From an uncultured Anaerolineaceae bacterium (lineage in GTDB: Bacteria; Chloroflexota; Anaerolineae; Anaerolineales; UBA4823), in assembly GCA_964354345.1 (NCBI GenBank), contig CAYGZL010000106.1, positions 6,170 to 70,169 on the forward strand: a stretch of 64,000 bases of DNA, in the 5' to 3' direction. The notes under the pieces were generated by a model. It worked only from the letters and a program-made list of their open reading frames with translations. It was not told the origin of the DNA and searched no databases. Of this stretch, positions 46,111 through 56,003 are shown piece by piece. The translations under genes and the position numbers were made by a program. Each line of letters opens with the position of its first letter. The first letter of the stretch is position 1.

Positions 46111-46758
46111 ATGAAGAAAAAAGCACTAATAGTTTGGGGTGGCTGGGATGGGCATGAGCCCCGGCCTTGCGTTGACATCTTTGCTCCTTTTTTAAAAGAG
46201 CAGGATTACGAAGTTACAATAGAAGACACGCTGGATGTATATCTTGATCCGCACCGCATGCAGTCTCTAGACCTGATCGTACCGGTCTGGACCATGGGAA
46301 CTATCACCCGGGAACAAGAGCAGGGCTTGTTGGCGGCTGGTAAAAACAGGGTCGGGATCGCTGGCTGGCATGGCGGTATGGCGGACTCGTTCCGGAACAA
46401 TACCGAATACCAGTTCATGGTCGGTGGTCAATGGGTGGCGCATCCTGGGGGAGTGATCGATTATGATGTCCACATTATTAATCATACCGATCCAATTACA
46501 ACCGGATTGGGGGATTTTCACATGCATTCCGAACAGTATTATATGCATGTAGATCCTGCCAACGAGATTTTGGCGACCACGACTTTCGGCGGTGAATATG
46601 CGCCGTGGATTGAGGGGGTGGTGATGCCAGTAGTTTGGAAGCGGCGCTATGGTGCAGGACGCGTCTTTTACGCTTCGCTTGGGCATGTCGCCCATGATTT
46701 CACTGTACCCGAAGCGCGAACTATCATCCAGCGTGGGATGCTCTGGGCCAGTAAGTAG
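46111..46758 (+). CDS. ThuA-like (trehalose utilisation) domain protein
   Basis: [18 protein letters not shown]-terminus, 215 aa, followed by a Gfo/Idh/MocA gene as in thuAB. Confidence 0.8.
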   Translation: MKKKALIVWGGWDGHEPRPCVDIFAPFLKEQDYEVTIEDTLDVYLDPHRMQSLDLIVPVWTMGTITREQEQGLLAAGKNRVGIAGWHGGMADSFRNNTEYQFMVGGQWVAHPGGVIDYDVHIINHTDPITTGLGDFHMHSEQYYMHVDPANEILATTTFGGEYAPWIEGVVMPVVWKRRYGAGRVFYASLGHVAHDFTVPEARTIIQRGMLWASK

Positions 46759-46770
46759 GAGGGTTGCGGG

Positions 46771-47874
46771 ATGCAACAAGTTAACGTCGGTGTAATTGGT
46801 TGTGGGAATATCAGCGGAATTTACCTGGAAGTCGGCCAAACCTTCGAAATTCTAAATATCGCCGCGTTGGCGGACCTGATCCCAGAACGGGCGCGCTCCC
46901 AGGCAGAGAAATATCATATTCCTAACGTTTTCACAGTCCAGGAGATGCTGGCGGATCCAACAATCGAGATCATTCTAAACCTGACAGTCCCGAATGCACA
47001 TGCCGAAGTAGGTCAGGCAGCGTTGGAAGCTGGTAAATCCATATATAATGAAAAACCATTGGCGATTACTCGCCAGGAAGCCCGGAGGATGCTGGCGACT
47101 GCTCAGGCCAGGGGATTATTGGTAGGAGGCGCTCCCGATACTTTTCTGGGTGGAGGTTTGCAAACCTGCCGGAAACTGATTGACGATGGTTGGATCGGTC
47201 AACCGGTTGCGGCGACAGCCTTCATGCTGTGCCACGGTCACGAAAGCTGGCATCCCGCTCCGGAGTTCTATTACAAGGTAGGCGGTGGGCCAATGTTCGA
47301 TATGGGACCTTACTACCTGACTGCCCTGATCTCACTAATGGGAGCTGTGCAGCGAGTGACCGGTTCGGTGCGCATCTCATTTCCGGAACGCGTCATCACC
47401 AGCCTACCAAAATATGGTACGAAGATCCAGGTCGAAGTGCCAACCCATGTCGCAGGTATGCTCGATTTCACCAATGGCGCAATCGCCACCCTCGTCACCA
47501 GCTTTGATGTCTGGTCGGCGGAGGTGCCGCGCATCGAGATTTATGGAACGACTGGCTCGCTAAGTGTTCCCGATCCCAACGGATTTGGCGGACCTGTACG
47601 GATCCGGCGGGCAGGTGTGCCAGAATGGAACGAGGTGCCATTAACCCACGGTTATACGAAGAATAGCCGCAGCCTGGGTGTGGCGGATATGGCGTATGCC
47701 TTGCGTACTGGTCGACCTGCCAGAGCCAGTGGGGCGTTGACCTACCACGTCCTGGATATTATGCACGCCATCCATGAGGCATCACTGGCAGGGAGGCACA
47801 TCCTTCTGGAGAGCGCTTGTCCCCAACCGGCACAATTGCCAATGAATTTAGCGCCGGGAATCCTGGATTGCTGA
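46771..47874 (+). CDS. Gfo/Idh/MocA-family oxidoreductase (ThuB-like)
   Basis: [13 protein letters not shown] Rossmann motif and EKPLA motif. Confidence 0.85.
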   Translation: MQQVNVGVIGCGNISGIYLEVGQTFEILNIAALADLIPERARSQAEKYHIPNVFTVQEMLADPTIEIILNLTVPNAHAEVGQAALEAGKSIYNEKPLAITRQEARRMLATAQARGLLVGGAPDTFLGGGLQTCRKLIDDGWIGQPVAATAFMLCHGHESWHPAPEFYYKVGGGPMFDMGPYYLTALISLMGAVQRVTGSVRISFPERVITSLPKYGTKIQVEVPTHVAGMLDFTNGAIATLVTSFDVWSAEVPRIEIYGTTGSLSVPDPNGFGGPVRIRRAGVPEWNEVPLTHGYTKNSRSLGVADMAYALRTGRPARASGALTYHVLDIMHAIHEASLAGRHILLESACPQPAQLPMNLAPGILDC

Positions 47875-47916
47875 TCGGTGTGGATTATTGCTTGTTCTAT
47901 AAAAGGGAAATAATGC

Positions 47917-49035
47917 ATGGCAGAAACCACCACTGTTTCACCCATCCGAATTGGGATCATCGGTGTAGGGCAAATCGGAAAACATCATATCAATACCTAT
48001 CAGAAGATCTCTGGTGCTCAGATTGTGGCAGTCGCGGATATTAACAAGGTCGAGGCACAGCGTGTCGCGGACACCTACCATATCCCGTCGGTATACACCG
48101 ATTTCCGTGAGTTACTTAAGCGGGACGATATTCAAGCCGTTGATGTGGCTTTGCATAACAACCTGCATTGCCCGGTGACGGTAGCTGCCCTGGAAGCCGG
48201 GAAGCATGTTTATTGCGAAAAGCCGATGGCGGGTTCATTTATAGATGCCGAGGTGATGTATCAGACTGCTCAACGCACCGCTCGTAAGTTAAGCATTCAA
48301 TTAAGCACCTTGTTTTCTAAAGAAATCCGTGCCGCGCACTACTTGATTAGCGCGGGTAAATTAGGCCGGCTCTATCACGCCCGTTCGGTGGGTTTTCGCC
48401 GGCGCGGACGTCCTTTTGTGGATGGGTACGGCACGGCGACTTTCGTCCAGAAAGAGAACTCCGCGGGGGGAGCCCTGTATGATATGGGTGTCTATCATAT
48501 CGCCACGATTCTTTATTTGTTAGGCAATCCCAAGGTCTTGACCATTACCGGACAGACCTATCAGGAAACTGCGATGGATACCAGCAGGCAGGTGCGCAGT
48601 GGTTATAACGTGGAAGAGCTAGGCCTGGGTTTCGTCCGTCTGGCGAGGAATATTACCCTGGATATCTTCGAGTCATGGGCGATTCACCTGGACCTGACCG
48701 AAGGTTCTTCGGTGGCTGGCTCGGAAGGTGGGGTTCGACTGCAACCCTTTGGATTCTATAGCAATGTAAACGATCTTGAGCTTAACGCCACAGTCAATCT
48801 GGATAGTTTCGCCTGGCGACGCAGTGTACTGCGTGATAATCCAGATTCTGAGGAAGGGCCACAGCAGCATTGGATTGCCGCTTTGCAAGGTCGGGTAGAC
48901 CTCCTGCCAACTGCTGAGCTGGCTTTGAATACGATGTTGATATCTGAAGGCATCTACCTTTCTTCCCAATTAAGACGTGAGGTGACCGCCGACGAGGTGC
49001 GTCAGAGCTCGATATCGTCTGCGCTAGAATTTTAA
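47917..49035 (+). CDS. Gfo/Idh/MocA-family oxidoreductase (second)
   Basis: [15 protein letters not shown] and CEKPMA motifs. Confidence 0.85.
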   Translation: MAETTTVSPIRIGIIGVGQIGKHHINTYQKISGAQIVAVADINKVEAQRVADTYHIPSVYTDFRELLKRDDIQAVDVALHNNLHCPVTVAALEAGKHVYCEKPMAGSFIDAEVMYQTAQRTARKLSIQLSTLFSKEIRAAHYLISAGKLGRLYHARSVGFRRRGRPFVDGYGTATFVQKENSAGGALYDMGVYHIATILYLLGNPKVLTITGQTYQETAMDTSRQVRSGYNVEELGLGFVRLARNITLDIFESWAIHLDLTEGSSVAGSEGGVRLQPFGFYSNVNDLELNATVNLDSFAWRRSVLRDNPDSEEGPQQHWIAALQGRVDLLPTAELALNTMLISEGIYLSSQLRREVTADEVRQSSISSALEF

Positions 49036-49043
49036 ATATCTTT

Positions 49044-50162
49044 ATGAAGACACTCGATTTCTCAAAATTTCACCGGAAAGTAGTTTTTAATCAGGCAGGT
49101 GGGCGAATTATCTGGCAGCCGCGCATTCTCTGCTGGTACACCGATAAGATATTTGAAGACGGCGGTTTGCCCGCGCCCTATACCGGCATGACCCAATATG
49201 ATCTGTATCGTTCGCTGGGTTGTTCAGCGCGTCTATATGAGTTCAATGAATGCTTCCAGCGGATCGAGCATCCCGCAGTTCAAGTGATCCAGAAGAAAAT
49301 AAACGAAACCGATACCCAGACTACCATCCACACGCCGGTCGGCGATCAGGTGGCCGTGCATCGAAAAAGCCCGCATAGCTGGCACTATCTTACCCTCAAG
49401 TGGGAAGTTGAAACAGAAGCGGAGCTGAAAGTCGCGGCCTGGCGGGAAGAGAACACCGAATGGGCATGGGACCAGGCGCGCTACGAGGAGTTAATCACGA
49501 CGCTTGGCGACCTTGGCGCGCCGACGATGTATATGCCGCGCATGAATGTACAAAGTTTATACATCGAAAAAATGGGTGTGACCAATGGGATTCTGGCGTT
49601 GTATGACTGGCTTGATATGGTAGAGGTATATTTTCGAGCGCTGGAGGAAAGCCACGCAAGGTTGATGGATATAATTAATTTGTCGCCTATCGATATCATC
49701 AACTTTGGTGAAAACATACATGCTGGCACCCTTTCACCCAGGCTGTTCTTAAAATATCACCTGCCTGCCTGCCAACGCAGGTGTGAGAAGCTTCACCAGG
49801 CAGGTAAATTTATCCACTCCCATTGGGATGGCGACACGAAACCAATATTAAAATATGCCCAGGAGACTGGACTGGACGGCATCGAGGCAATCACGCCGAA
49901 GCCCCAAGGAGATGTAACCCTGGAAGAGATTAAAGCTGGATTGGGCGATAAAATTTACCTGTTAGATGGAATACCAGCCGTCTTTTTCGATGATACCTTT
50001 CCGGTTGCGACATTAGTGGAATGTACACACCAGCTCATCGAGCTGTTCGCACCCCGGTTAGTGTTAGGCATCTCGGACGAAATATCCTCACATGGTGATC
50101 TGGAACGCATCCGCCTTGTGGGTCAGATCGTGGATGAATATAATGCAGTTGTCGCGACGTAG
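49044..50162 (+). CDS. Hypothetical protein, possibly a uroporphyrinogen-decarboxylase-like (URO-D fold) TIM-barrel protein
   Basis: 372 aa. The C-terminal half (IHSHWDGDTKPILKYAQETGLDGIEAITP..) resembles URO-D/MtaA-like proteins, from weak recollection only. Confidence 0.45.
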   Translation: MKTLDFSKFHRKVVFNQAGGRIIWQPRILCWYTDKIFEDGGLPAPYTGMTQYDLYRSLGCSARLYEFNECFQRIEHPAVQVIQKKINETDTQTTIHTPVGDQVAVHRKSPHSWHYLTLKWEVETEAELKVAAWREENTEWAWDQARYEELITTLGDLGAPTMYMPRMNVQSLYIEKMGVTNGILALYDWLDMVEVYFRALEESHARLMDIINLSPIDIINFGENIHAGTLSPRLFLKYHLPACQRRCEKLHQAGKFIHSHWDGDTKPILKYAQETGLDGIEAITPKPQGDVTLEEIKAGLGDKIYLLDGIPAVFFDDTFPVATLVECTHQLIELFAPRLVLGISDEISSHGDLERIRLVGQIVDEYNAVVAT

Positions 50163-51372
50163 CTTTTTACAGGCTGCCAGTCTTTACACAGCCAGCTTAA
50201 CAATGGCAGCTTGTTCATTTTTAACGAATACTAATCCCAAACCAACAAGGAGCGTAACTATGAATCAAGGAATTAAGAATAAAAAAGCACTGCTGTTCGT
50301 AGGCACATATACCGAAAACCTGGGGTTCGTGGATGGGCAGGCGAAAGGTATCGGTGTTTTTCAGATGAATTTGGAGACTGGTGAGCTTAGTTTCCTGCTC
50401 GAGAATCAAGACATCCCGAATCCTTCTTTCCTGGTCATACACCCGAGTGGTCGTTACCTTTATGCAGTGCATGAAATGAGTCAGTTCCAGGGTCAACCGG
50501 GTGGTGGAGTGAGTGCATATAAAGTTGATTCAGGAAGCGGTCGTTTGACGCTATTAAACCAGCAGCTTTCTCATGGCGTGGCGCCCTGTCATGTCAGCCT
50601 GGATGTGACGAGTAATTATATTTTTGTAGCTAATTATAGCAGCGGGAATGTGGCGATGTATCCTCTTTTGGGGGATGGCAGCCTGGGTGAAGCTTGTGCG
50701 ATCGTCCAGCACCACAGCTCTGGCTCTGATCCCTTCCAACGTGGCGGACCACACGCACATGCCGCTTATACCGATCCTCGCAATCATTTTGTCCTGGTGT
50801 TGGATTTAGGAATCGATCAGGTTGTCGTCTACCGGTTGGATTTAGAGCAGGGTACACTGACACCCAACGACCCTCCTTTCGTTGGAGTGAAACCAGGCGC
50901 TGGTCCGCGCCATCTGGCGTTTCACCCGAGTGGAAGATATGTATTTGTAATTAATGAACTTAACGCCTCAATGACGGTTTTTTCTTACGACTCGCTCAAC
51001 GGTGTGCTTAAAGAAATCCAGACAATCGGCACTCTTCCTTCAGGATATAGTGGGAAAAATGCGTGTGCAGAAGTGGCTATTACGTCCGATGGTAGGTTCA
51101 TATATGGATCTAACCGCTTTAATGACACAATTGTGATTTTTGCGGTGGACCCTGCGAGTGGACGCTTAAGTTTGGTCGATCATACGCCAACTCAGGGGAA
51201 AACCCCCAGGAGTTTCGCGATCGACCCCACGGGACGTTTCCTGTTGGTTGCGAACCAGGATAGTAACACGATCGTGCTCTTCACCATTGATCCACAAACT
51301 GGGAAGCTTACGCCTTCCGGCCAGGTAATCCCGACACCAACCCCCGTTTGCTTAACTTTTTTACAGATCTGA
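50143..51372 (+). CDS. Lactonase, 7-bladed beta-propeller (6-phosphogluconolactonase/YbhE family), Tat-lipoprotein form
   Basis: MQLSRRSFLQAASLYTASLTMAAC (Tat plus lipobox). Then LLFVGTYTE.., repeated propeller motifs and PRHLAFHPSGRY. An internal ATG at 50260 has the strong RBS AAGGAG. Confidence 0.8.
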   Translation: MQLSRRSFLQAASLYTASLTMAACSFLTNTNPKPTRSVTMNQGIKNKKALLFVGTYTENLGFVDGQAKGIGVFQMNLETGELSFLLENQDIPNPSFLVIHPSGRYLYAVHEMSQFQGQPGGGVSAYKVDSGSGRLTLLNQQLSHGVAPCHVSLDVTSNYIFVANYSSGNVAMYPLLGDGSLGEACAIVQHHSSGSDPFQRGGPHAHAAYTDPRNHFVLVLDLGIDQVVVYRLDLEQGTLTPNDPPFVGVKPGAGPRHLAFHPSGRYVFVINELNASMTVFSYDSLNGVLKEIQTIGTLPSGYSGKNACAEVAITSDGRFIYGSNRFNDTIVIFAVDPASGRLSLVDHTPTQGKTPRSFAIDPTGRFLLVANQDSNTIVLFTIDPQTGKLTPSGQVIPTPTPVCLTFLQI

Positions 51373-51423
51373 CTGTCTATGATCTGATCGTATTACAGGT
51401 TGCCAGTTGATTCTATGCAGGAT

Positions 51424-52167
51424 TTATTCGAATAACAGCAGGACGGCGGAGATAAATAATAAAACCACGATGACACGTTCGAACACTGACCGGTTGATGC
51501 GTCCGGCAACCCATCGCCCTATGCCGACGCCAAGTGGGATGATCGGCATCAGGAAGAGCACCTGCAGCAAACGAGGAAAATCGAATAAGTCGGCGTAGAA
51601 ATAATAGGGCACCTTGATCCAATTCAGGATCGCAAAGAATACAGCAGAAGTGGCATTGAAGGTGATCGGATCAACTTTTTGTAGGAGCAGGTAGATGCCC
51701 ACCGGTGGTCCTCCAGCATGGGCCAGGGTTGAAGAAAAACCACCCACTGTTCCCGCCAACAGACCATGCCAATCGTGTCCGGTGTAAGTCAATCCTTTAA
51801 GGATTTGCTTTTCGAAGACTTTATAGAGTGTAAAGATCAGGATGATAATCGCCAAACTAATGCGTAGCTCGCGCGTCGGGGTGTGGGTGATAAAGAAGGT
51901 GCCAACCGTAACGCCCACCAACGCCCCCGGGAGCAGCAGCAAAACCAGCCGGCTTTTCCAACGCCGCCAGTAGGAGGCAACCGCGAATAAATCAGCGAAC
52001 ATCAACAGAGGCAAGAGTAAACCGACAACCTGGTCCGGTGGCATCACCAGTGCCATCAACGGTGTAGCCAGTGTACCGATCAAACCACCCAGACCGCCTT
52101 TTGCCAGGCCAATTAATAAGCCTACAAAGGCAGTCATCAATAGAAATATAGTTTGTTGATCAAGCAT
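51424..52167 (-). CDS. TauE/SafE (DUF81) family anion exporter
   Basis: 247 aa, about 8 TM, Gly-rich helices (GLAKGGLGGLIGTLATP). Confidence 0.75.
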   Translation of the reverse strand: MLDQQTIFLLMTAFVGLLIGLAKGGLGGLIGTLATPLMALVMPPDQVVGLLLPLLMFADLFAVASYWRRWKSRLVLLLLPGALVGVTVGTFFITHTPTRELRISLAIIILIFTLYKVFEKQILKGLTYTGHDWHGLLAGTVGGFSSTLAHAGGPPVGIYLLLQKVDPITFNATSAVFFAILNWIKVPYYFYADLFDFPRLLQVLFLMPIIPLGVGIGRWVAGRINRSVFERVIVVLLFISAVLLLFE

Positions 52168-52236
52168 AGAACCTGATTTTACCTAACAATCAGCCAATTA
52201 ACCAGTGCAGTTATCGATTAAGGGTAGGTAAAAGAT

Positions 52237-52503
52237 ATGCAAATACAAGCGAATTTAAACCTGCATTGGTACGCGCCGGATAGTTGGGTGATCGCTCCGG
52301 CTCGAGATGGATTTCTCTTCTCACTACCCCCTCACCTGGGTGCACAGCTTTTCGTTGAGGCTGTCTTCCAGGTTGAAATACCCGATGTTGTCACGCCGCT
52401 TAACCGGGTAGTGATCGAAATTACTCTGGATGGAAGACCAACCGTGATGCTCGTTCCGGTTATGCTCTTGAATGGCAATTTCTTACCCAATCCAAGGAGT
52501 TAA
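52237..52503 (+). CDS. Small hypothetical protein (88 aa) coupled to the fucosidase gene
   Basis: A purine-rich RBS-like AAGGGTAGG sits upstream. Its stop TAA (52501-52503) is 1 nt before the fucosidase ATG, and its 3' end carries that gene's AAGGAG RBS. I recognise no family. Confidence 0.35.
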   Translation: MQIQANLNLHWYAPDSWVIAPARDGFLFSLPPHLGAQLFVEAVFQVEIPDVVTPLNRVVIEITLDGRPTVMLVPVMLLNGNFLPNPRS

Positions 52504-52504
52504 T

Positions 52505-53791
52505 ATGTTACAGCCGAAGTCAACGATTGGCGATACTACATGGTTTGTTCACGATCGTTTTGGGATGTTCATCCATTGGGGATTGTATTCCCTCCCCTCC
52601 CGTCACGAATGGGTGCAATCGCAAGAGCGCATCCATCCGGATGTGTATTATGAAAAATATTTTAAGCATTTCAATCCCACCTTCTATGATCCATGCTTAT
52701 GGGCGCGAACCGCACGCGAAGCTGGGATGAAATATGTGGTGATTACGTCGAAACACCACGAAGGATTTTGCCTGTGGGACTCAGCCTTCACAGATTACAA
52801 GGTCACCAATACCCCCTATGGGAAAGATCTGTTAGCGCCGTTCGTGGAGGCTTTTCGTGCCGAAGGATTACGAGTAGGTTTCTATTATTCACTTCTGGAT
52901 TGGCATCATCCCGCCTTCCCGATTGACATGTTCCATCCCCTGCGGGATAATCCCGCAGCAGCCACGTTGAATGAGAGCCGGGATGTGAAGGTCTACGCTG
53001 AATATATGCGTAACCAGATCACAGAACTGCTGACGCGTTTCAGTCCGGATATCCTGTGGTGTGATTTCTCTTATCCCAACACTTCTTATAAAGGTTTTCC
53101 CGGAAAAGGCAGACATGAATGGGAAAGCGAGCGATTATTTGAGATCATCCGTGATCTTAGCCCCAGGATTATCTTGAACAATCGCCTCGATTTACCCGCC
53201 GAATTGGCTGATATCTATACCCCAGAGCAGGTTCAACCTTTGGAATGGGTTAAAGTCAATGGCGAACCGGTGGTCTGGGAAGCCTGCCATACGTTTAGCG
53301 GTTCGTGGGGGTATCATCGCGATGAGACGACCTGGAAAAGTCCCGAACAGCTCATCCAGCTGCTCATCAACTCCATTTCATTAGGTGGCAATCTACTGAT
53401 GAATGTTGGACCAACTTCCTTAGGCACCTTTGATCCCCGGGCGGTAAAGGCATTAAGTGTTTATCGGGATTGGATGGCTTTGCATAGTGCATCCATTTAT
53501 GGCTGTACACAAAGCGATTACCCTGCCCCGCAGGATTGCCGCATGACTCAAAAAGGAAATAAACTCTATCTGCACATTTACGCCTGGCCATTTCGATTTC
53601 TACGCCTGGAGGGATTAGCGGGAAAAGTAGAGTTCGCTCGTTTCCTGCATGATGGTAGCGAGGTAGCCATGCAGGTGCCTGAATGGGAAGCCGGACAGCT
53701 TAAGCCTACCGGCGAGGCGTTATTCCTCACCTTGCCAGTTATACGGCCTGAAGTGGTCGTTCCCGTTGTTGAGTTGACGCTTCTAGCATGA
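52505..53791 (+). CDS. Alpha-L-fucosidase, GH29
   Basis: RFGMFIHWGLYSLP, KYVVITSKHHEGFCLWDS and LWCDFSYP. RBS AAGGAG lies 7 nt before ATG 52505. Confidence 0.88.
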   Translation: MLQPKSTIGDTTWFVHDRFGMFIHWGLYSLPSRHEWVQSQERIHPDVYYEKYFKHFNPTFYDPCLWARTAREAGMKYVVITSKHHEGFCLWDSAFTDYKVTNTPYGKDLLAPFVEAFRAEGLRVGFYYSLLDWHHPAFPIDMFHPLRDNPAAATLNESRDVKVYAEYMRNQITELLTRFSPDILWCDFSYPNTSYKGFPGKGRHEWESERLFEIIRDLSPRIILNNRLDLPAELADIYTPEQVQPLEWVKVNGEPVVWEACHTFSGSWGYHRDETTWKSPEQLIQLLINSISLGGNLLMNVGPTSLGTFDPRAVKALSVYRDWMALHSASIYGCTQSDYPAPQDCRMTQKGNKLYLHIYAWPFRFLRLEGLAGKVEFARFLHDGSEVAMQVPEWEAGQLKPTGEALFLTLPVIRPEVVVPVVELTLLA

Positions 53792-54019
53792 GTCACGGTC
53801 ATAAAAGTTATGCCAACTCATTGGTACAGAAAACCCGTTCTATCTGGAATCCCCCCGCCTTGAAGCCCACTACCAGCCATGGATTGACCTGGCGCGCCAT
53901 GGCGTCGGCGTCCATTGCAGAGAAGGTGACGCGTTTTCCTTATTTCAGAGCCTGTCCGGCAAATCAGACGATTGCATCTTATAATTGGGAATTGATGGAA
54001 AAGTCCATCTGGTGAATAG

Positions 54020-54031
54020 TATCAATTGATA
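54020..54031. promoter_or_regulatory. Perfect 12-bp palindrome TATCAATTGATA, 29 nt upstream of the eda ATG
   Basis: Read directly from the sequence. It contains the AATTGATA octamer on both strands. ATTGATGGAA lies 19 nt upstream (53991-54000). Confidence 0.4.
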
Positions 54032-54060
54032 ACATAACCGATCTTACAGGAGGATTGGGA

Positions 54061-54714
54061 ATGAATAAGCAAGAAGTTTTACAAAAAATCAAGGAGCTGG
54101 GCCTGGTGGCTGTCATTCGGGGACCATCGGTGGAACTAACTATGGCAATGGTGGAAGCCTTGATCGCAGGCGGTGTTACCGGCATCGAGATCACCTATAG
54201 CACACCGAATGCCGAAGGTGTGGTGACTGCTTTGGCGAAAAACTTTGGCGGCCGGATTGTTCTGGGGATGGGCACGCTGACCGAACCGAGGCAGGCACAA
54301 TCAGCTAAAGATGCAGGAGCGACCTACCTGGTCAGCCCCGTCGCAGAACCAACTTTGGTGCAGGCCATGGTGGATTCTGGTCTGGTCGTAATGGCCGGCG
54401 CCTTCTCACCCACCGAGGTTCTCCAGGTGTATCGGATGGGTTCTGATGTAGTGAAAATTTTTCCGGGTTCACTGGCTGGTCCGGGGTATGTCAAGGCATT
54501 GCGGGGTCCCTTCCCGTATATCCCGTTTATGCCGACTGGTGGCGTCAGTGCTCAGAATGTTGGCGAGTGGTTCGCAGCCGGAGTTGTTGCGGTGGGCGCG
54601 GGCAGCGAGTTGTGCCCACCGAGCCTGGCTAAGGAAGGTAAGTTTGATGAGATCAGCCATCGCGCCCAGGATTTCGTCCAGGCAGTCAATAAGGCTCGGG
54701 TCTCGACCAAATGA
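54061..54714 (+). CDS. eda: 2-dehydro-3-deoxyphosphogluconate (KDPG) aldolase
   Basis: GVTGIEITYSTPNA, GATYLVSP, VKIFPG (Schiff-base Lys region) and PTGGV. RBS CAGGAGGA. Confidence 0.85.
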   Translation: MNKQEVLQKIKELGLVAVIRGPSVELTMAMVEALIAGGVTGIEITYSTPNAEGVVTALAKNFGGRIVLGMGTLTEPRQAQSAKDAGATYLVSPVAEPTLVQAMVDSGLVVMAGAFSPTEVLQVYRMGSDVVKIFPGSLAGPGYVKALRGPFPYIPFMPTGGVSAQNVGEWFAAGVVAVGAGSELCPPSLAKEGKFDEISHRAQDFVQAVNKARVSTK

Positions 54715-54725
54715 GAGGTTACGCC

Positions 54726-56003
54726 ATGCAAACCGACTTCAGTGGTAAAGAACATCCTACGCGCCAGCTAATCGAGCAAACGATTGAGCGCGGGAATGGC
54801 ATCTTCCGGCTGGCTCCGGCCTGGATTGCGCGCACCTTCATGTCGACTGGCTGGCGTCTGGGATTGCCGGAAGCCGATTATGATCAGGGTTCGCGGGGTG
54901 AGATTTGTGAACGCTGGCTAGGAGCGACCAACACGGCAGATAATCCGGGTGGGCCGACAGATGAAGGCTTAAGTTATGTAGTCGTGGATGGGCAGAAGTT
55001 ATTTACACTCAAGGATGCTGTCCAGTCTGCTGGGCCGGCGATCATGGGTGAGACTTATGCACGCACGCATAATCGCCTGGGTTACCTGGCTAAGATATTT
55101 GATTTCGGTGACCGTCTACCCTATCACTTCCATTTGATGAAGGAAGATGCAGCCCGTGTAGGACGCAACCCGAAAGAAGAGGCCTATTACTTCCCAGCTG
55201 GGGTGGATATGGGCGCACACCCGGAGACTTTCTTCGGCGTCCACCCTTACATAGTCGAGCAGCAGAAGTATGCTGTCCTCCTGCCTCACCTGATTGAATG
55301 GAAGGATGACCGCATTTTACAACACGCTCGCGCTTACTTGCTCTTGCCTGGTGAGGGTTTCCATCTTCCTTCTGGCGTGCCCCATGCGCCAGGAAGCGCC
55401 CTGACGATCGAGTTGCAAGAGGATTCAGATGTCGCGGCTTTCATGCAAGCTTATGTGGGCAAGCGCCTGATCCGCCGGGAGCTGCTTTATAAAGATATCC
55501 TCGCAGAGGATTGGGTGAAATATGGCGAGCGCCTGATCTTGAAGATGATTAACTGGCAGATTAGCGGAGATCCCTATTTCTATGAGAACCGCCACCTGGC
55601 GCCTTTGCCTATCCCTGAATCAGCCCAATCGGGGGGAGAGGAATATTGGATCTATTACAATTCCACCCGTTTCAGCGGTAAGAAGCTGGTTGTTAAGCCG
55701 GGACAGCAATTCACCAGCCTGGACAAGGGTGCGTACAACATATTAGTCTGGAAAGGGTGCGGGAGGTATGACGGGCATGCGGTTGAGGCGGGCAACTTCA
55801 ACCTGGAGCACTGTTTTGACGAGCTGTTCGTCATTTACGCCCGGGCAACTACCCCGCTTCTTGTCGAAAATACTGGTACAGAAGACCTGGAAATCTTCAA
55901 GTTCTTTGGACCGGATGTGAACCTCGACATCCCAATGCTCTCGCTGTATCCGGCGCCGGAAACAGCACCGTACTCAACACGACACCCCCAGAGGGAAGAA
56001 TGA
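54726..56003 (+). CDS. Cupin-fold sugar isomerase-like protein (type I phosphomannose-isomerase-like bicupin)
   Basis: [21 protein letters not shown] and [15 protein letters not shown] resemble the Zn-ligand pattern of class I PMI. RBS GAGAGG precedes ATG 54726. Track ORF starts at 54711. Confidence 0.5.
   Translation: MQTDFSGKEHPTRQLIEQTIERGNGIFRLAPAWIARTFMSTGWRLGLPEADYDQGSRGEICERWLGATNTADNPGGPTDEGLSYVVVDGQKLFTLKDAVQSAGPAIMGETYARTHNRLGYLAKIFDFGDRLPYHFHLMKEDAARVGRNPKEEAYYFPAGVDMGAHPETFFGVHPYIVEQQKYAVLLPHLIEWKDDRILQHARAYLLLPGEGFHLPSGVPHAPGSALTIELQEDSDVAAFMQAYVGKRLIRRELLYKDILAEDWVKYGERLILKMINWQISGDPYFYENRHLAPLPIPESAQSGGEEYWIYYNSTRFSGKKLVVKPGQQFTSLDKGAYNILVWKGCGRYDGHAVEAGNFNLEHCFDELFVIYARATTPLLVENTGTEDLEIFKFFGPDVNLDIPMLSLYPAPETAPYSTRHPQREE

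Noticed and set aside
53788-54015. 75-aa ORF in the gap between the fucosidase gene and eda.
   Set aside because: It has no RBS, overlaps the fucosidase stop and has an odd composition. The region is better explained as the eda promoter/operator region that contains the palindrome.
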